Origin: Phoronis australis
Taxonomy: Eukaryota; Animalia; Phoronida
Assembly (NCBI GenBank): GCA_002633005.1
Contig: NMRA01000196.1
Span: forward strand, 604,824 to 668,823
Reading direction: 5' to 3'
Length of the DNA: 64,000 nt
Part shown: piece by piece, positions 1-12,946 of the stretch
Layout: the number at the start of each line of letters is the position of its first letter
How positions within the stretch are numbered: position 1 is the stretch's first letter
The notes under the pieces: generated by a model
Told to the model about the DNA's origin: nothing
Databases searched by the model: none
What the model saw: the letters and a program-made list of their open reading frames with translations, nothing else
Translations under genes and position numbers: made by a program

Positions 1-804
1 TTCTTTTCAGTCGTTATACCAAATGAAGTGGCAAGCGAATGTTGTTGGAAATTAGTCTCCACCTCATCACTTTCCACAGTTATGAGCATTTTGACCAAAC
101 AGTCGCGTTTGGAGTTTCTTTTGTCTCTGTTGAAGTGCATGCCTAGCGCAAAAGTTTGACCAAAATTATCTGTGACCGTTTCTTGTAGCTCTGCTTCGAG
201 GGATAAGGATAACGCCTGGTACCCAACAATAGCTGCCACCTTGCGGGGTAGACGTAGTTCGGCTCCCAGACTATGCCAAAATATTCCGAGCACAATTTAT
301 GTCACAAAAATTAAAAAACGAGTGAGATACGGAGTTTTTAATGACTTAGCTTTAGTGTAGACAGTTACAGACGATGTACACGAATTTGACAAATGAGACG
401 GTTAGATATCAAATCAACCTGGAATTCTGTACGTTGCGGGTACGAAGCCGCGCGTCATTGAGTTCTCATACAATTACTTCGCTAATTATCAATTGGCATC
501 GCCAAAAGCCATAAGTCATTATATGCCAATGACTCCAACGCGTTTGTGGAAAATCGATTTGTGAAAACTTGTAAAATCGTGTCTTAACTCTAAAACAATT
601 TCACGCCAATCAACAATTGCAAAAAATAGGAAATCAACAATATACAGGTAAATGGGGCAGTGACATTCGGCATCAGAGAAATACCAATTTGAAAAACATA
701 TACACCTGGATAGGGTGACAAAGGGTGGGATAACAACTTTAAAGGAAAAAATGACCAATGTTGGCATATATGATGTTGAACCAAAGAGGCTTTGGCTTTG
801 TATT

Positions 805-1606
805 TTAGGTACCCGAGTTGCCTGTAAAGTTTAGAACTGCGTGAAAAGGTACCATATTTGGATTTTTACGGTACGGAACATATTCAAACTGTGGATGAAC
901 CATCGAATAGTAAGGAGGATGTCGCTTTCCTTTAAATAACGGATCCTTCCATACTGTGTTATTACGAACAGAAGATGGCGCTAAGTCCCGCTCCTCGTTC
1001 ATAAGGACGTCATATCCAACAACACCTCCGTCTACTTTGGGGTAATCCCCATGGTCACGGTTCAAGGTGTGCATTAGAGAATATACAAGGGCCTGTCCTC
1101 GGTATTTAGCGTACACCCTGAATGGTAGTATGATATCACTCATCCACCACGACTTTGACTCGTACTTCAACGGTATTGGGAACAAATGAGGAGCTGCGTC
1201 AGCATGAAAAACAAACAAGCAAGTGTCGAAGCTTATCATTGGGAAAAATTCCGGAAATAGCAACCTGCTTCCGTTCTTCATCTTGCAACACGTATCAAGA
1301 AAATCTCCCTTGAACCGCTTGGCATAAGTCGACGTCGAATAGATAGAAGTGCTAGCAGCTGGTTTAATTCTGAGTAGAAAGTTTTCATATTGTCGTAAGA
1401 TGGGTAACTCTGGATCTATTTTCGATCGAACACTAGGCTCAAGAAGAAGAGAGTCAGTCCTTTGAAAAATGGCGTCCTGGTCCATGAATAAGTGATACAT
1501 TGCCCCAGTTTTGGTCAAGTATGTTGCAGTGTAATTATGCAGTAAATTTCGGCCGAAGTTCAAGGATGTGCCGTTCACGTGGAGATACCTGTAACACAAG
1601 GTCACT
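805..1606 (-). CDS. Putative terminal coding exon (~266 aa), unknown product
   Basis: Longest clean ORF in the window (805..1605) and has no ATG start. It is preceded on the - strand by the acceptor-like ttttcaccag| (exon starts at 1606, phase 2). No domain recognised. Confidence 0.55.
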
Positions 1607-1826
1607 CTGGTGAAAAGTTATGTATATGTAGATTGCTCGACCATAATACTGCACCGGCGTACACTAGCAATGGGCGCAACTGAAATGTTGAATTTAAGGA
1701 GAAACATATATGCAAACCAAAAATAGCATAATTGTTTTAGTTGTTCATATTTTCAAAAAGAAAAGGTCGCGTGATGTCAACTGAAAAGCTTCAGATTCCG
1801 TCTTTCTCATAACCTTCAGCGCCATC

Positions 1827-2197
1827 TGGGGCCGGAGTTATTAATGTCTGTACCAAAAGTCGCATTCAGCAAACTCAAGATAGATAAGTTTCTAGAATTC
1901 TGTGCTCTAGTACGTAATGGTTTACCTAAATGACTGTCTAAGCCTAGCTTGTACTTCATGGCACCAGCATTAAACCTATAATTTCGATTCTGAGCTCGAA
2001 ATTTCGAATTTGTACTAGCTTGAAATCATTCGAGTTTATAGTGAAATTGGATTTAAACCCATCTGCGTAAACGATAATGTACTCGTGCATAGAATACTAG
2101 ACACTTATCTTGAGTTCGTATTAAATTAAGACATAAAATGCTAAAACAATATTTTGAGTTACATTCCGAGTACAAATATTCGACCTCCTGGGAACCG
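1827..2197. repeat. MITE-like dispersed repeat, related to 24493-24888
   Basis: Shares gtactcg.gcatagaata.tagacacttatcttgagttcg and ctcgaaatttcga with 24677-24850. Ends are loosely inverted. Confidence 0.55.
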
Positions 2198-3169
2198 TGT
2201 GTTTTACCCAACATCGCTGGATGTCAGTTTTGCGGCACATATGAGAACCAACTGGTGCAGCTATTTTTCGTCAAAAAACACTAATGTTTACTCCCGTTCC
2301 TCAAGCCAAAGTATATCGCCGCAAGAATCTCCCCACTGCCCCATAATTTCCGCGTCCTAGTAAGTTAATTATTTGTAAAGTATCCAAAAATGAAAAAAAA
2401 AATTGACATCGAACAGATTAGGCGTTGAACAATCAGAGTAAGATTCACGGGGATGGAGTTGCATTTGGATTGAGGTACATGTGTGTTTTAGCAATGTTGC
2501 CTGTTTCTACCGTTCCCCATTCGTTTCATCTAATTATTAAAGACAATAAAAATGTCTTCAGTTTACATATGTTCTGCCTACTTTACGTTTCCTACTTCAT
2601 TGTACCTGTCACGGATCATAACCCTATGCGTTCAAATATCACAACTCGAAAGTTCCAGTATTTACAAATTAAGAAACAGAAACAACTAGCGTTTTGATGC
2701 AGAGTATATAAAACACGACCTCGTAACCAACTGCTCTTACCAATAATCCGACGATCTAAGGCCACGTGATTGTTCTACTCAACGTTAGCACTTCGCATCA
2801 CGTGATCTGGCATCACATCCGGGTGAGAATCAATGGCCATGCTTTGTTTAAAGAGGCATGGACCGCGAAACTCGTAAAAGAGTGTTTTTAACAATTCCTG
2901 ACAAAAGTACCATCTCACAAGGTCTTCTACAGTTATTCACATTCCAATGTGATAAAAACTCCAGAAACAATAACAAAATTCTTTGAAATAAGTGCGAAGG
3001 AAAAACCCTGTTGTGCACCACAGAGTTGCTAATTTTCGTTCCACTGATGATAAATGCACGCATGCGCTCACAATCATTCGACAAACAAGTGACTGACAAG
3101 ATATGGATAGTTCTTTTCGAGCTGCCAAGGTATTATAATTATATCGGTTTCTATGACACCGTATCTTAC

Positions 3170-3513
3170 CTCACGTGTGGATAGGAATTATTCGTGCACA
3201 ACCTTTGGTAGGACAACACAACAACGAGGCAACGACATGCCTTGTGGTCACCAACAATGCTGGATAAGAGATAATATGAAGACAAACATTCGGGTGCTTG
3301 CGTATGGTAAACGAACTTGACTTGAAGAGACCGATCTTTGGCACCATTTTCTCTTTGATTGAATATTGTCCATGAAACGTCTGTCAATGTATAGTTTAGC
3401 TGAAGGAGGAGCCCGATAAGAAAAACAAAAGCTGTCACTGACATTGCAATTGCAAGACGCACCCTGCAACGACAGAAAGTAGACTTTGGATTGATGAAAC
3501 TTTCTTGCGGCAT
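3170..3513 (-). CDS. Putative first coding exon with N-terminal hydrophobic anchor (type II membrane-like)
   Basis: ATG at 3513, hydrophobic stretch [21 protein letters not shown], and strong donor AG|gtaaga at 3170/3169 in phase 2, which matches the phase-2 acceptor at 1606. Confidence 0.45.
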
Positions 3514-3690
3514 GTGTGTGTGCGTGTGTATGTGTGTGTGGGTGGGTGTGTGTGTGGGTGGGTGTGTGTGTGTGTGTGTGTTTGTGTGTGTGTGTTTGCG
3601 CGGGTGTGTGCGTGTTTGTGTGTATATATGCGTGTTAATGTGCGTGTGCGTGCGCGCGTCTGTATTCGTATGGTTGTGAGTGCGCGTTGT
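3512..3690. repeat. Degenerate (TG)n/(CA)n microsatellite
   Basis: tgtgtgtgtgcgtgtgtatgtg... visible directly. The CV-rich ORFs here are artefacts. Confidence 0.95.
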
Positions 3691-3862
3691 CGTGCCTGTT
3701 TATGTAGTGATAATACAAATTTTAAATCAGTAAACTAATTCAACTTTTACAAATATATCACAAAAACATGTTTACAACGGTGACCCCTCCTTTAGCAAGA
3801 AGACTGACAACCCAAGTAAGTTGTACAAACACGTGCATGTAGCTACATAGAAATTGAATATA

Positions 3863-6800
3863 TAGTCTAGTCGAAAAATGGTCACCCGTGCACCCCCCGG
3901 ACCTCAACTTCAAAGTTGCATTTTTAGGAAGGAAATTATGTGTGAAAACGGAAAAATGATGTTAACAAGCTGAAAAATTCCACGTATGTTTTTCTATGCA
4001 AATTAGTGCCACCATTACCGATTTTGCTATAATTCGCAATATCTCCCTCACTATTTCATATAATTGAAAAAGCTAAATGTCTGGGGTTATGTTTTGTGGG
4101 TCAAACATTACATTAGAACTAGGCCTACAAGTAAGTGATAAAAATTATCTCACAGGTGGAAAACATTCAACATATGGAACAGAAATGTTCTGTGGGGCAT
4201 GAAAATCCGCTATTTTCATCCAAATTCAGAACTTTGATGTTGATGCCGGCATAAATGAAAACAAACTGTGTCATCATGTTCAGGTTGCAGCCCAAACAAT
4301 ATATATTTTAGGTTCAATAATTGAAACAATGTTTCTCATCTTTTAAGAAGAGGAGTATTGTTTCTGAGACGGTCACATGATAACACATCAAAGCTGTAAA
4401 TCAGCTTTTGACGTAAAAAAACGTCTTGAATACAAACCAACTTGAAATTATACAACCTGTTATTGACATGTCAATCAGAGCGAATCCAATATGGGGAACA
4501 TGGTAATCGGACTGCATTCAAAACTAAGGCAGCTATCTAGGCAGATGTAAAATTCATGCCTAAAAGAAAACGAGGTCGAAGCTTATAAACTGAAGCCAAA
4601 TATTAGTCTCTACCCTAATGCATTCTTCATTTAGATTCTGTAAGTAAACATGGCAATTTTACAGCATTACGCAATGTGAGAGGAACAGGAATATAAAAAA
4701 CTTCCGCAGCTTAAAAGTCACATCGTCCAACAAAATGATGTCATCAAGGTCTCTTCCTTCCGTTTGCTTAACGTTGAGGAACTAAAACGGAACTGGCATG
4801 GGAATCTTAGTTATCGTTCTAAGAAACTATTGAATTGTTTCAAAACAGGCCCATTGTAAAACCAGGTCAACTTCACAAAAATTGACCGAGGTGGTTGTTT
4901 CATAGATCAAGTATAAACATTCATCTGCTTTGGCACAAACATATTGCTTAGGAAGTACACGTAAACGTCTGAAAACCGCGCTCACTCTTTGAGATGACAT
5001 TCCGAAGGCATACAAAGTCTTCAGAACTACCGTGGTCATTATCAGCCGATAATATGGAACTTGGTACTGTCAAATTTTTGCCTCCAGAATTCATCCGATT
5101 TCTTTGTTTGTTGATGACTGGGGTGAACAGTTCAAGAGACTGATTTCCTGTATTGGATAAGATATCACAGACGGAAAGTGGAAGTTACCGCCAAAGCATG
5201 TGCGGTACTTCTTTGTGTGACCATCGGAAAATTGTTTTGAAGCCAGCAGCTTACTACTGTATTGAACACACTGGCTAGGTCACTCGGGGAGCTATGACTT
5301 CGACCAAGAATGTATATGGCAGTAACATCTTCAACAGTGCTTGAGGAATCACGATTTTAGAGGTAAATCCTGGTTTTGAAACTTCCAAAGATAAAGCAGT
5401 TCTAGTCATAAACAGGTCGCAACCGACAAGGAAGTCTCCAAGTAGAAGCTCCATCTTGGAACAACAAAGCCTCCATTTTGCGTTATCTTCTGGAAGAAAT
5501 TACTCTAAAAGACTTCCGTTATCCCGAGGATGCTCTATTTATCCATGGCACTTCACCACACGTTGGCTAATCTCCCTCCAATATGTGGTGAGATCTACTT
5601 ATAAGTACTTGACAAGATGGCTTCGAAGAGGCACTTCTTGTTCTCAACTGTCAGTTATCTCCCTGAATCGATCAAAGCCCAGGAACGGTTGCAGCGTGGC
5701 AGTTCAGAGAAAATGATCATGGGTGAACCACATACATAAAAACCGTACTTCAAATCATTTCTAGCAAACGATGACAATAAAACGCAACTCCGTCAACTGT
5801 TACCGCAAGTCTTGAGTGGTGAGAAGCCAATTTCCAGGTTGGAGAAGAGCGAGATGGCCATCCTGATTGTAGACGGAAAACCCCATAAACGTGTTAAACC
5901 CGATGACTAGGAAAGTCCACAATCTTTTTTCTGAACATTATTTTCTGAATATTTCTTAATTAAAAATAATCTGCGATGTCATACAGTAATTTAATCTGAT
6001 GTTACAGGTTCATTCTCAGGAGAACCCACATACCTACAGCAACCAAGAAGAAACTGACCCAAGACTTGTTTTGTACCTCCAGTGCGTTGTCTCACTTGGG
6101 TACAGAAACGCCGTGACAGAACCCCTGAAATTGAATTCTTCTTTGTAACTCTGCTGCATCGTACTTACGTCATGTCAGTTGACTGGTATATCTAGATACA
6201 TAGTTTGGAAAGCATCGGAGACTACTGAATCTCTCTGACCTGGCCAAAATCCTTGAGAAAAAAGTTACTGTGAAACTGTAATTGGGTTTGACATAAACAC
6301 CAGTGATTTTAAACGTAAAGGAAAGGCTGGCACCCTTAAAAAGCTGGAAAACAATTGAAAGTTTCACCGAACATTCAGGCAACTTGAAGTTGTTTGGGTT
6401 GTACGTTCGGATTTTTTGAAAGGGATGGAGGAGTTCACCTGCCTCATGTATGAGTCGTGAGTAATCGATAGATGCTACTCGTGCCAAGATGTTGGTGAAG
6501 ATAAAATTCTCACTCACAAGTCCAAGGTTGACCTTGCTCGACTTCTCCCGTGCCTGGTTGCAGGGAAACGTCACATCCAAAGAGTAAATCACCTTGTTGC
6601 TTTGTACAAGCGCGCTTGCGAACTCGTAGTTGAACAGTCAAAATCTTATGACGAAGGACAAGGGTAGATGCGGACTGACGAAGAATTGTGAAAATGTCTG
6701 CTGCCGTGTGGTCCTCTGTTACCAAACTCACTGATCGATATCTTGCTCACCGATGTTTGTGAAGTGGAAGAGGAAAGTAACGAGTTGTATGGCACTTTCA

Positions 6801-7333
6801 TGGAAAGCGACGAACGTGACATGGAGCGATGGAACATGTAAGCAGTGACATCAGCACCTAATGACTGCCTACATTTCTCCTATCATTCCCCTGCATTTTT
6901 TTCTTGAGATATTCAAAAAATTTGTTGAAATACGGTTCGCTAAAAAGCTGACTATATAAGCACTGAAACTTACACATTATTCCAGTGTTTATATTGGCTT
7001 GTGTATACTTTCAGTGTAGTATTGATTGTAAATAACCCTATAATGCAAATGAGATGCAATAGATTATGAAGAAAATTATCCTTCGTAATGCTTGACCCTC
7101 AAAATATCAGTTTTCACACTTGATTTGTTCAATTACAGGAAAAACAAAGTTCGATATCGTCAGATATCGAAAAATCTGTAATGGCGGTTCTAATTTGCAT
7201 AAAAACGCATGGGGGAAACTTTTTCGGCTTGTTAAGGTCTTTTTTCGAGTTTTCACACTTATTTCTCTTTGCAAACATGCAACTTTGGAGTTGAAGTCCA
7301 GGAGGTGCACGGGGCCATTTTTCGACTCAACTA
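3863..7333 (+). mobile_element. Decayed Academ (XPG-type) DNA transposon
   Basis: ~180-bp imperfect TIRs (tagtctagtcgaaaaatgg...ccatttttcgactcaacta), TAG/CTA termini, 3-bp TSD ATA (3860-3862 / 7334-7336), and internal broken coding motifs of the XPG/PIN-like region. Confidence 0.8.
5230..6840 (+). pseudogene. Academ transposase remnant, XPG/PIN-like region
   Basis: Frameshifted motifs read by eye: SIKAQERLQRG (~5667), FLANDDNKTQL (~5760), SNQEETDPRLVLYL (~6038, HEEADT-like), FKRKGK, VDLARLLPC...HIQRVNH (LPPC..H..R.N-like). Intron-like break near 5915-6007. Confidence 0.7.
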
Positions 7334-7984
7334 ATAAAAGAACCAAACGACACTTCTTCTATTGCGAGATCATCCATTGATGCTAGTTAACACAAGCATA
7401 CAGGAAAATTACGTTACGCAAATAGACCCATAGAACTTTTTCTTTTGGAAACCAAAATTAAAAAATAGGGTTTGCAGGGTTACCCAAAATAAACCGCGTC
7501 AGCGAGTGTTAAATAATAACAATCATTTTTTTTGCGAAATCTGACATGTAAATTTCAGTTACATGCTGATAATGGAAGATAGTTACATGCCGATAATGGA
7601 ATTTCATATGACCTCCTGTTACCAAGATTTTGCCCTGTGTGTATATATTTGGAGTGCTAGAAAGTTAAAAATAGTTTTTCCGAATGTAAGCACGGGGCTT
7701 ACTATCAGAAAATCAGGTTATTACCGAGAAAACTTCATTTTGCGTCTTCCAGAGCCGTCGAAGCAGGGTCTCTTCACTTGTACTTTTAGCAGTTTCTCAA
7801 TCCAGATTTGTGGCAAACTACACCTAAAAAGTCGACATACCTGTGTTTAAAGATCTCCTGACAATGTTGCCTCAAACATAGAAAGTAGTTACAAAGCCGT
7901 GGAGAGTCAGAAAAGGTGTATCGATTCATTGTAATGTTTCTCGTTTAGTATGTGGTATGAACAGGTTATTACATGTTCTCAGCC

Positions 7985-8071
7985 GTTATTCCCCTTATCT
8001 AGAGCCCTCGTGGATTTTGGAGAATTATCACCCTCCAAAATCCACTCGGGCTCTAGATAACGGGGGATAAC
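7985..8071. repeat. Near-perfect ~38-bp hairpin (miniature foldback / MITE core)
   Basis: gttattccccttatctagagccctcgtggattttggag (7985-8022) is the near-exact reverse complement of ctccaaaatccactcgggctctagataacgggggataac (8033-8071), with a 10-nt loop. Confidence 0.85.
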
Positions 8072-8469
8072 GACTTCGCCATGTATTAATCTACATGTAT
8101 ATTTATCATTTTGTGATTGCATGTGTAAAGGCAACTAATTTTTATTTGTAGAGTATTTGTTTATTGGTACTGTGAGTACATACATAGTTATTTTCATTGT
8201 TTTAATGACATTTTCCTGCTTTCTTGTGACTGATATATACGGTCTATATCTCCCGTCCAGGTTACATCTCCACTGTCACATATGATTTACATGTAGTCTC
8301 AGTGCCTATCTGAAGGGGTTGCAGGTCAAATAGAGTAAACATAGACATGCAGGGTATAGACTACTGAACATGGACTTCAGTCTGCTTTCATTTTATTAGA
8401 TTGGCACTTGAATTTTTATAGTTACCTAATAAAAGACGTTACATTCAGCAGTGTATTTCTAAGTTGTCA

Positions 8470-8520
8470 GGTCACTTTAGTTAGCTTCAGTCATATTTTG
8501 GGACATATATAATGTTTTCC
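8470..8520 (+). repeat. Dispersed repeat end shared with 20181-20230
   Basis: ggtcactttagttagcttcagtcatattttggga vs ggtcaccttggctagcttcagtctcattttggga. The 20181 copy follows TTAA (Kolobok-like end). Confidence 0.45.
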
Positions 8521-10117
8521 TCAACTTTAATTACCTGAAGTGTACAGAAAGCATGTTGAGGGTGTTTTCGTACTTTTACATTGATTAATTTCAATTCAAA
8601 CGAAAAACTATTAATAATGAACAAACAAAAATCGGATTGGCTTATTTGGGTAAATAGTGTCTCAAGCATTTTCTGTAGTTGTTATCAATAATGTATTAAA
8701 GACCACTAACAATCAAAAAAGTGTCCCAGTTAATGAAAATTAGTCTAAAAATGGGACGAACTCTTTGACAAAACATCCGGATTCTGGATCATTATGACAT
8801 TTGAATTCTAAAACCGATGTTTTACCACAAACATGCTTTTCAAAAGTATTTTTATAGAAAGCATGGTTTTACACCTTTTAACCTCAGAAAGAAATCACAA
8901 GGCAGTAAAAACTAGATTTTTATCAATAAACATTTTATTTATATTGATATTTAATAATAGCATGTGATGAAAGTCAATTATCTTACATCGCTCATCTTTT
9001 GTTTTGGTGTAATTGTTTCCTGATTCGGCTTCCATCAAATTTAGTGTTACAATTTAGTCACTATTTGGAATTCATACAATAATTCCGTTGGCACAATATC
9101 CACATTTGGGGACAGCTTGTCACCAAATTAAGAAATTTTCTGCCATTATTTTGTTCCTTTTTTACTCAATAATATTCATGACACTAGTGACGTCTCCTTA
9201 GCCAATTTACTCAGGCACAAAATAATATTTACACTGTTACAAAAATAACACCAAGTTCTAAAAATTGTACGAACGAAACTACTTTTAAAAAGCTTTAAAT
9301 AAAGCACCAGGGAAATTACTGACCATTATTATAACTTTTGTATTCATACAACACCTTCACCTCAACTGGTTATTTTGTAAAATCATAAATATTGGGTGTA
9401 GAAAAAATACGATGTTATGTCACGTCATGTAATACCGTTTTGTGCTATTTTGTTTTCTAACGAAAATATTCAAATATTTTTTATAACATTAAGAGACAGT
9501 CCATATAAAAACCAGTAGATTTTCAAAAATCAGTCTATACGTCAAAATTTAAAACAACTTCATTTTTTGTACATGGGTAGGTATCCTAACATAAACCCAA
9601 ATGCCAAATTTTGTGCACTCAATGACCCCTAATTTCGCCGCAGGAGCATGATCACACAAATTGGCACAATTGGGCACATTAGCCGTCTCAAAAATCGCAT
9701 TTTTCAGCAACAAAAATGATTACATACAAAATAGATCAAAAGCTATATTTTGGTGGCTGAAATAACCAACGTATGCTGTACATAATTCTGTGCCATTTAT
9801 TAAAATCTGACAGTTTTGTGCTAGACAGGGGAGACAATCCACATACCACTTTTGGGGCCAATTTTAGTGACCATTTTTGTGACCTTCTTACTGCCATAAG
9901 ACACCTTGTAGCCTTATGTGACGTTTTGAACATACAGTTAAAGAGTTAGTCTTGATGACTGAGCAATAAAAAATCTTGCCTCAACTTTGCACCTTAGTGA
10001 AAATTGTCTTGCAAAACTGTCTATTTTCATAGTTTGGATATGACGAGCAGAGTTTACAGACCATTTGAACAAACTTTTAGGCAATAAGTCTGCTTTAAAT
10101 AGTTATAGAAACCAAGT

Positions 10118-10512
10118 NNNNNNNNNNNNNNNNNNNNNNNNNNNNNNNNNNNNNNNNNNNNNNNNNNNNNNNNNNNNNNNNNNNNNNNNNNNNNNNNNNN
10201 NNNNNNNNNNNNNNNNNNNNNNNNNNNNNNNNNNNNNNNNNNNNNNNNNNNNNNNNNNNNNNNNNNNNNNNNNNNNNNNNNNNNNNNNNNNNNNNNNNNN
10301 NNNNNNNNNNNNNNNNNNNNNNNNNNNNNNNNNNNNNNNNNNNNNNNNNNNNNNNNNNNNNNNNNNNNNNNNNNNNNNNNNNNNNNNNNNNNNNNNNNNN
10401 NNNNNNNNNNNNNNNNNNNNNNNNNNNNNNNNNNNNNNNNNNNNNNNNNNNNNNNNNNNNNNNNNNNNNNNNNNNNNNNNNNNNNNNNNNNNNNNNNNNN
10501 NNNNNNNNNNNN
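10118..10512. other. Assembly gap (395 N)
   Basis: Run of n characters. Confidence 1.
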
Positions 10513-12184
10513 TAGTTTTGTAGCATACCAGTCAAAGATGTGTGATATATGAAGTCGAGACCGTTACTTCTGTTTACTTCATGTCTGTCATGAATGAGTC
10601 ATTAATAAAATTGTCTCTCGTGAATTATTTTCTATTGACTGTGAATGTGTACCTTTTTATACCACTGCTGATCACACTGGCAGAAATATTCAGCGTTAAG
10701 TTGCCCGGTGTGTAGGGGAAACACCAGATTTCTGGCGACTGGTGGCGACTAAAATTTGTAGCAACCGGCAGGGACATTGCAATATGAACCCAAAGTTACA
10801 ATGACTATCGACAAGTTGAAGGATTTTTGCACTGAACACTAGGGAGGCATATCTACCTTGGGCGCCTTCCTTTGCCTGTGGCACGAACAAGGCAGATAGA
10901 CAACAAGGCAGGGGTGAGTTCAGTAACACTAGAACCTCTCTAAAATTTATCCAAAACGACGTGTTCTTATTTAAAATGCAGGGCAATATTTCGCGAAGTC
11001 TTGAATTATAGCAAGGTCCTCGTGTTACTGCTCTGGCTTATTATAGATGCAATAATCATCAATGCCGTTTTCAGAGAATGGTAATTAATAATGCTGACTG
11101 CCTTTTCGCCAAAATACAAGGTTTTTATGTCGTGTTTTGCAAGCTAATTGTATGTTCCAAGAGCCCCCTATTGGCAGCAGAGGCAACTGAGAACGTGCAA
11201 AAGGATGAAGTGCAGTTCGTGTAATGCTTCGTACGCAAAAACTACATTGGAGGCAAGATTTTTTATTTTAGATTATGAACAGGTTAGGAATGACTAAACA
11301 AATTATTAAAAATTCAATTTCAGGAAAGGTGCGTTATGGCTGCTACAGAGTGCCAAATTTGGCCGAAAATGGCTTCAGTGAAAAACTGAAAAATAGCCGT
11401 TTTTGCCTCACAAATTCAAAACGTACAAATTTAAAAATGGATTTTGAAAGTTATACCATTAAATTATTCAGCCACTGTCCTTTTAATTCGTATTATTAAT
11501 TTGTTTTGACCTTACGACACATGCTAGTAAAATGCATTCAAACATGCCTACTTCAACGCCCCATTTTGTTGCAAAATGGAGGTACAGGTCATAAAAAGAA
11601 AAATGATGATTGAAAATTCTTAAAAAGTGAGGTTTTTCTACATCTCAACAAAGCAAATTCATTTGCTAAGTTTCAAAAAAATCGGTGATTTTGGGTATAG
11701 ACTCTACCTGTTGGTTTGATATGGAATCACTCTTAACTTATGTAGTGTACAGAATAATAGGCCTGGAAGTTAACGGCTTGTGGCTGTGTGTCAAGTTCCA
11801 ATGGTTACTGTTACCAGAGATAGCAGTGGGTCGGTATGTTGATACTTTGTAGGTTATAAACAGCAGTCCAAGCGAGGAACTGCTGTACCTGAAGACGAAG
11901 CCAGCTTTTCTCATGTTTACATGCAGATTTCATCGTTTTTCATAACTTCACTTCACGATTTGATTATGCCAGATACTTCAAATCATGGTTGCCCAGTTTT
12001 GGCCATTAGCTTATCGCACACATTCTTGTGGCTTTTATGTACAAGGGAATCAGGGATATGAGTTTTTACCCATTGACCATTATATCTTAGACGAATTTCT
12101 GCATATGCAGCTTCACCCTTGAGATATATAAAATAAAAGAAGGAACTTTAATCGTAACTCTCAAAAATAACTTTAAATTGCATA

Positions 12185-12800
12185 TCAGGTGTACCTTTTG
12201 ACACTCCATCAACTCATATGTTTAACAGACTGGAACGGCTTCCTATTGACAAATATTTTATATATAGGCGCTTGTGTATGATGCACAAGTGTTTCCATAA
12301 TAATGTACCAACTTATTTATCTCGTAACTTCGTACTCGTTCGAAAGAGCCACCAAATCAGGACAAGATATTCTACCTCAAACAATTTGCTTTTGCTTAAA
12401 CACAGAACTTAGTTTTATTCTAAAGTCTTTTTATTTATGCCATTCAACAGTGGAACAATTTGCCAAATAGTCTAAGGGAGGCTGACCATTATGATGATTT
12501 CAAACACCAACTCTTTAGTTACCTGTGGTCGTCATAGCTGTCCTTCATTTTTGTCGCTCAAATGTCTATACCATTTAAAAGTTTTTATTTATTTATTTAT
12601 TTATTTTTAATTCAGTCTTAAAATCCAATTTGTAAAAACAGTTTAATTTAATGTAACTTAATTTAATTTATTTATCTATTTATCTATCTCAATTTGATTT
12701 TTGCTACAGAGGATGATGCAGTATATTAGCCCTTGGCTAAAGTGTGTTTTATATCTATTGTAACGCTTATCATTTTCGAAGAAATTAATTTCATTCTGTC
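12185..12800 (+). mobile_element. 5'-truncated non-LTR retrotransposon (L2/CR1/Crack-like) 3' end
   Basis: ORF2 C-terminal motifs MFNRLERLPI..RRLCMMHKCFHNNVPTYL..HQIRTR and, in a shifted frame, WNNLPNSLRE..FKHQL. Followed by an AT-rich 3' UTR with (attt)n. Confidence 0.7.
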
Positions 12801-12946
12801 TACGTGATTAGATAAGGCAATTCGTTTATTCAATACACGTGGCACACCGTAGTAGATCCTTAGCTGATAACGCAACTGAACTCATCAAGTAACTAAAAAG
12901 TACAACTTGGTCGTGAAAGCGTTAGTGCTTTCACTATAAGGAACGG

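Noticed and set aside
3491-3738. Cys/Val-rich ORFs (also 51485-51727 and 53484-54054)
   Set aside because: Translations of microsatellites.
10065-10535. 152-aa and 146-aa ORFs
   Set aside because: Artefacts of the N gap.
11284-11735. Possible TTAA-type MITE
   Set aside because: The right end (gaatcactcttaa) looks like a transposon terminus, but the left match is too weak to call.
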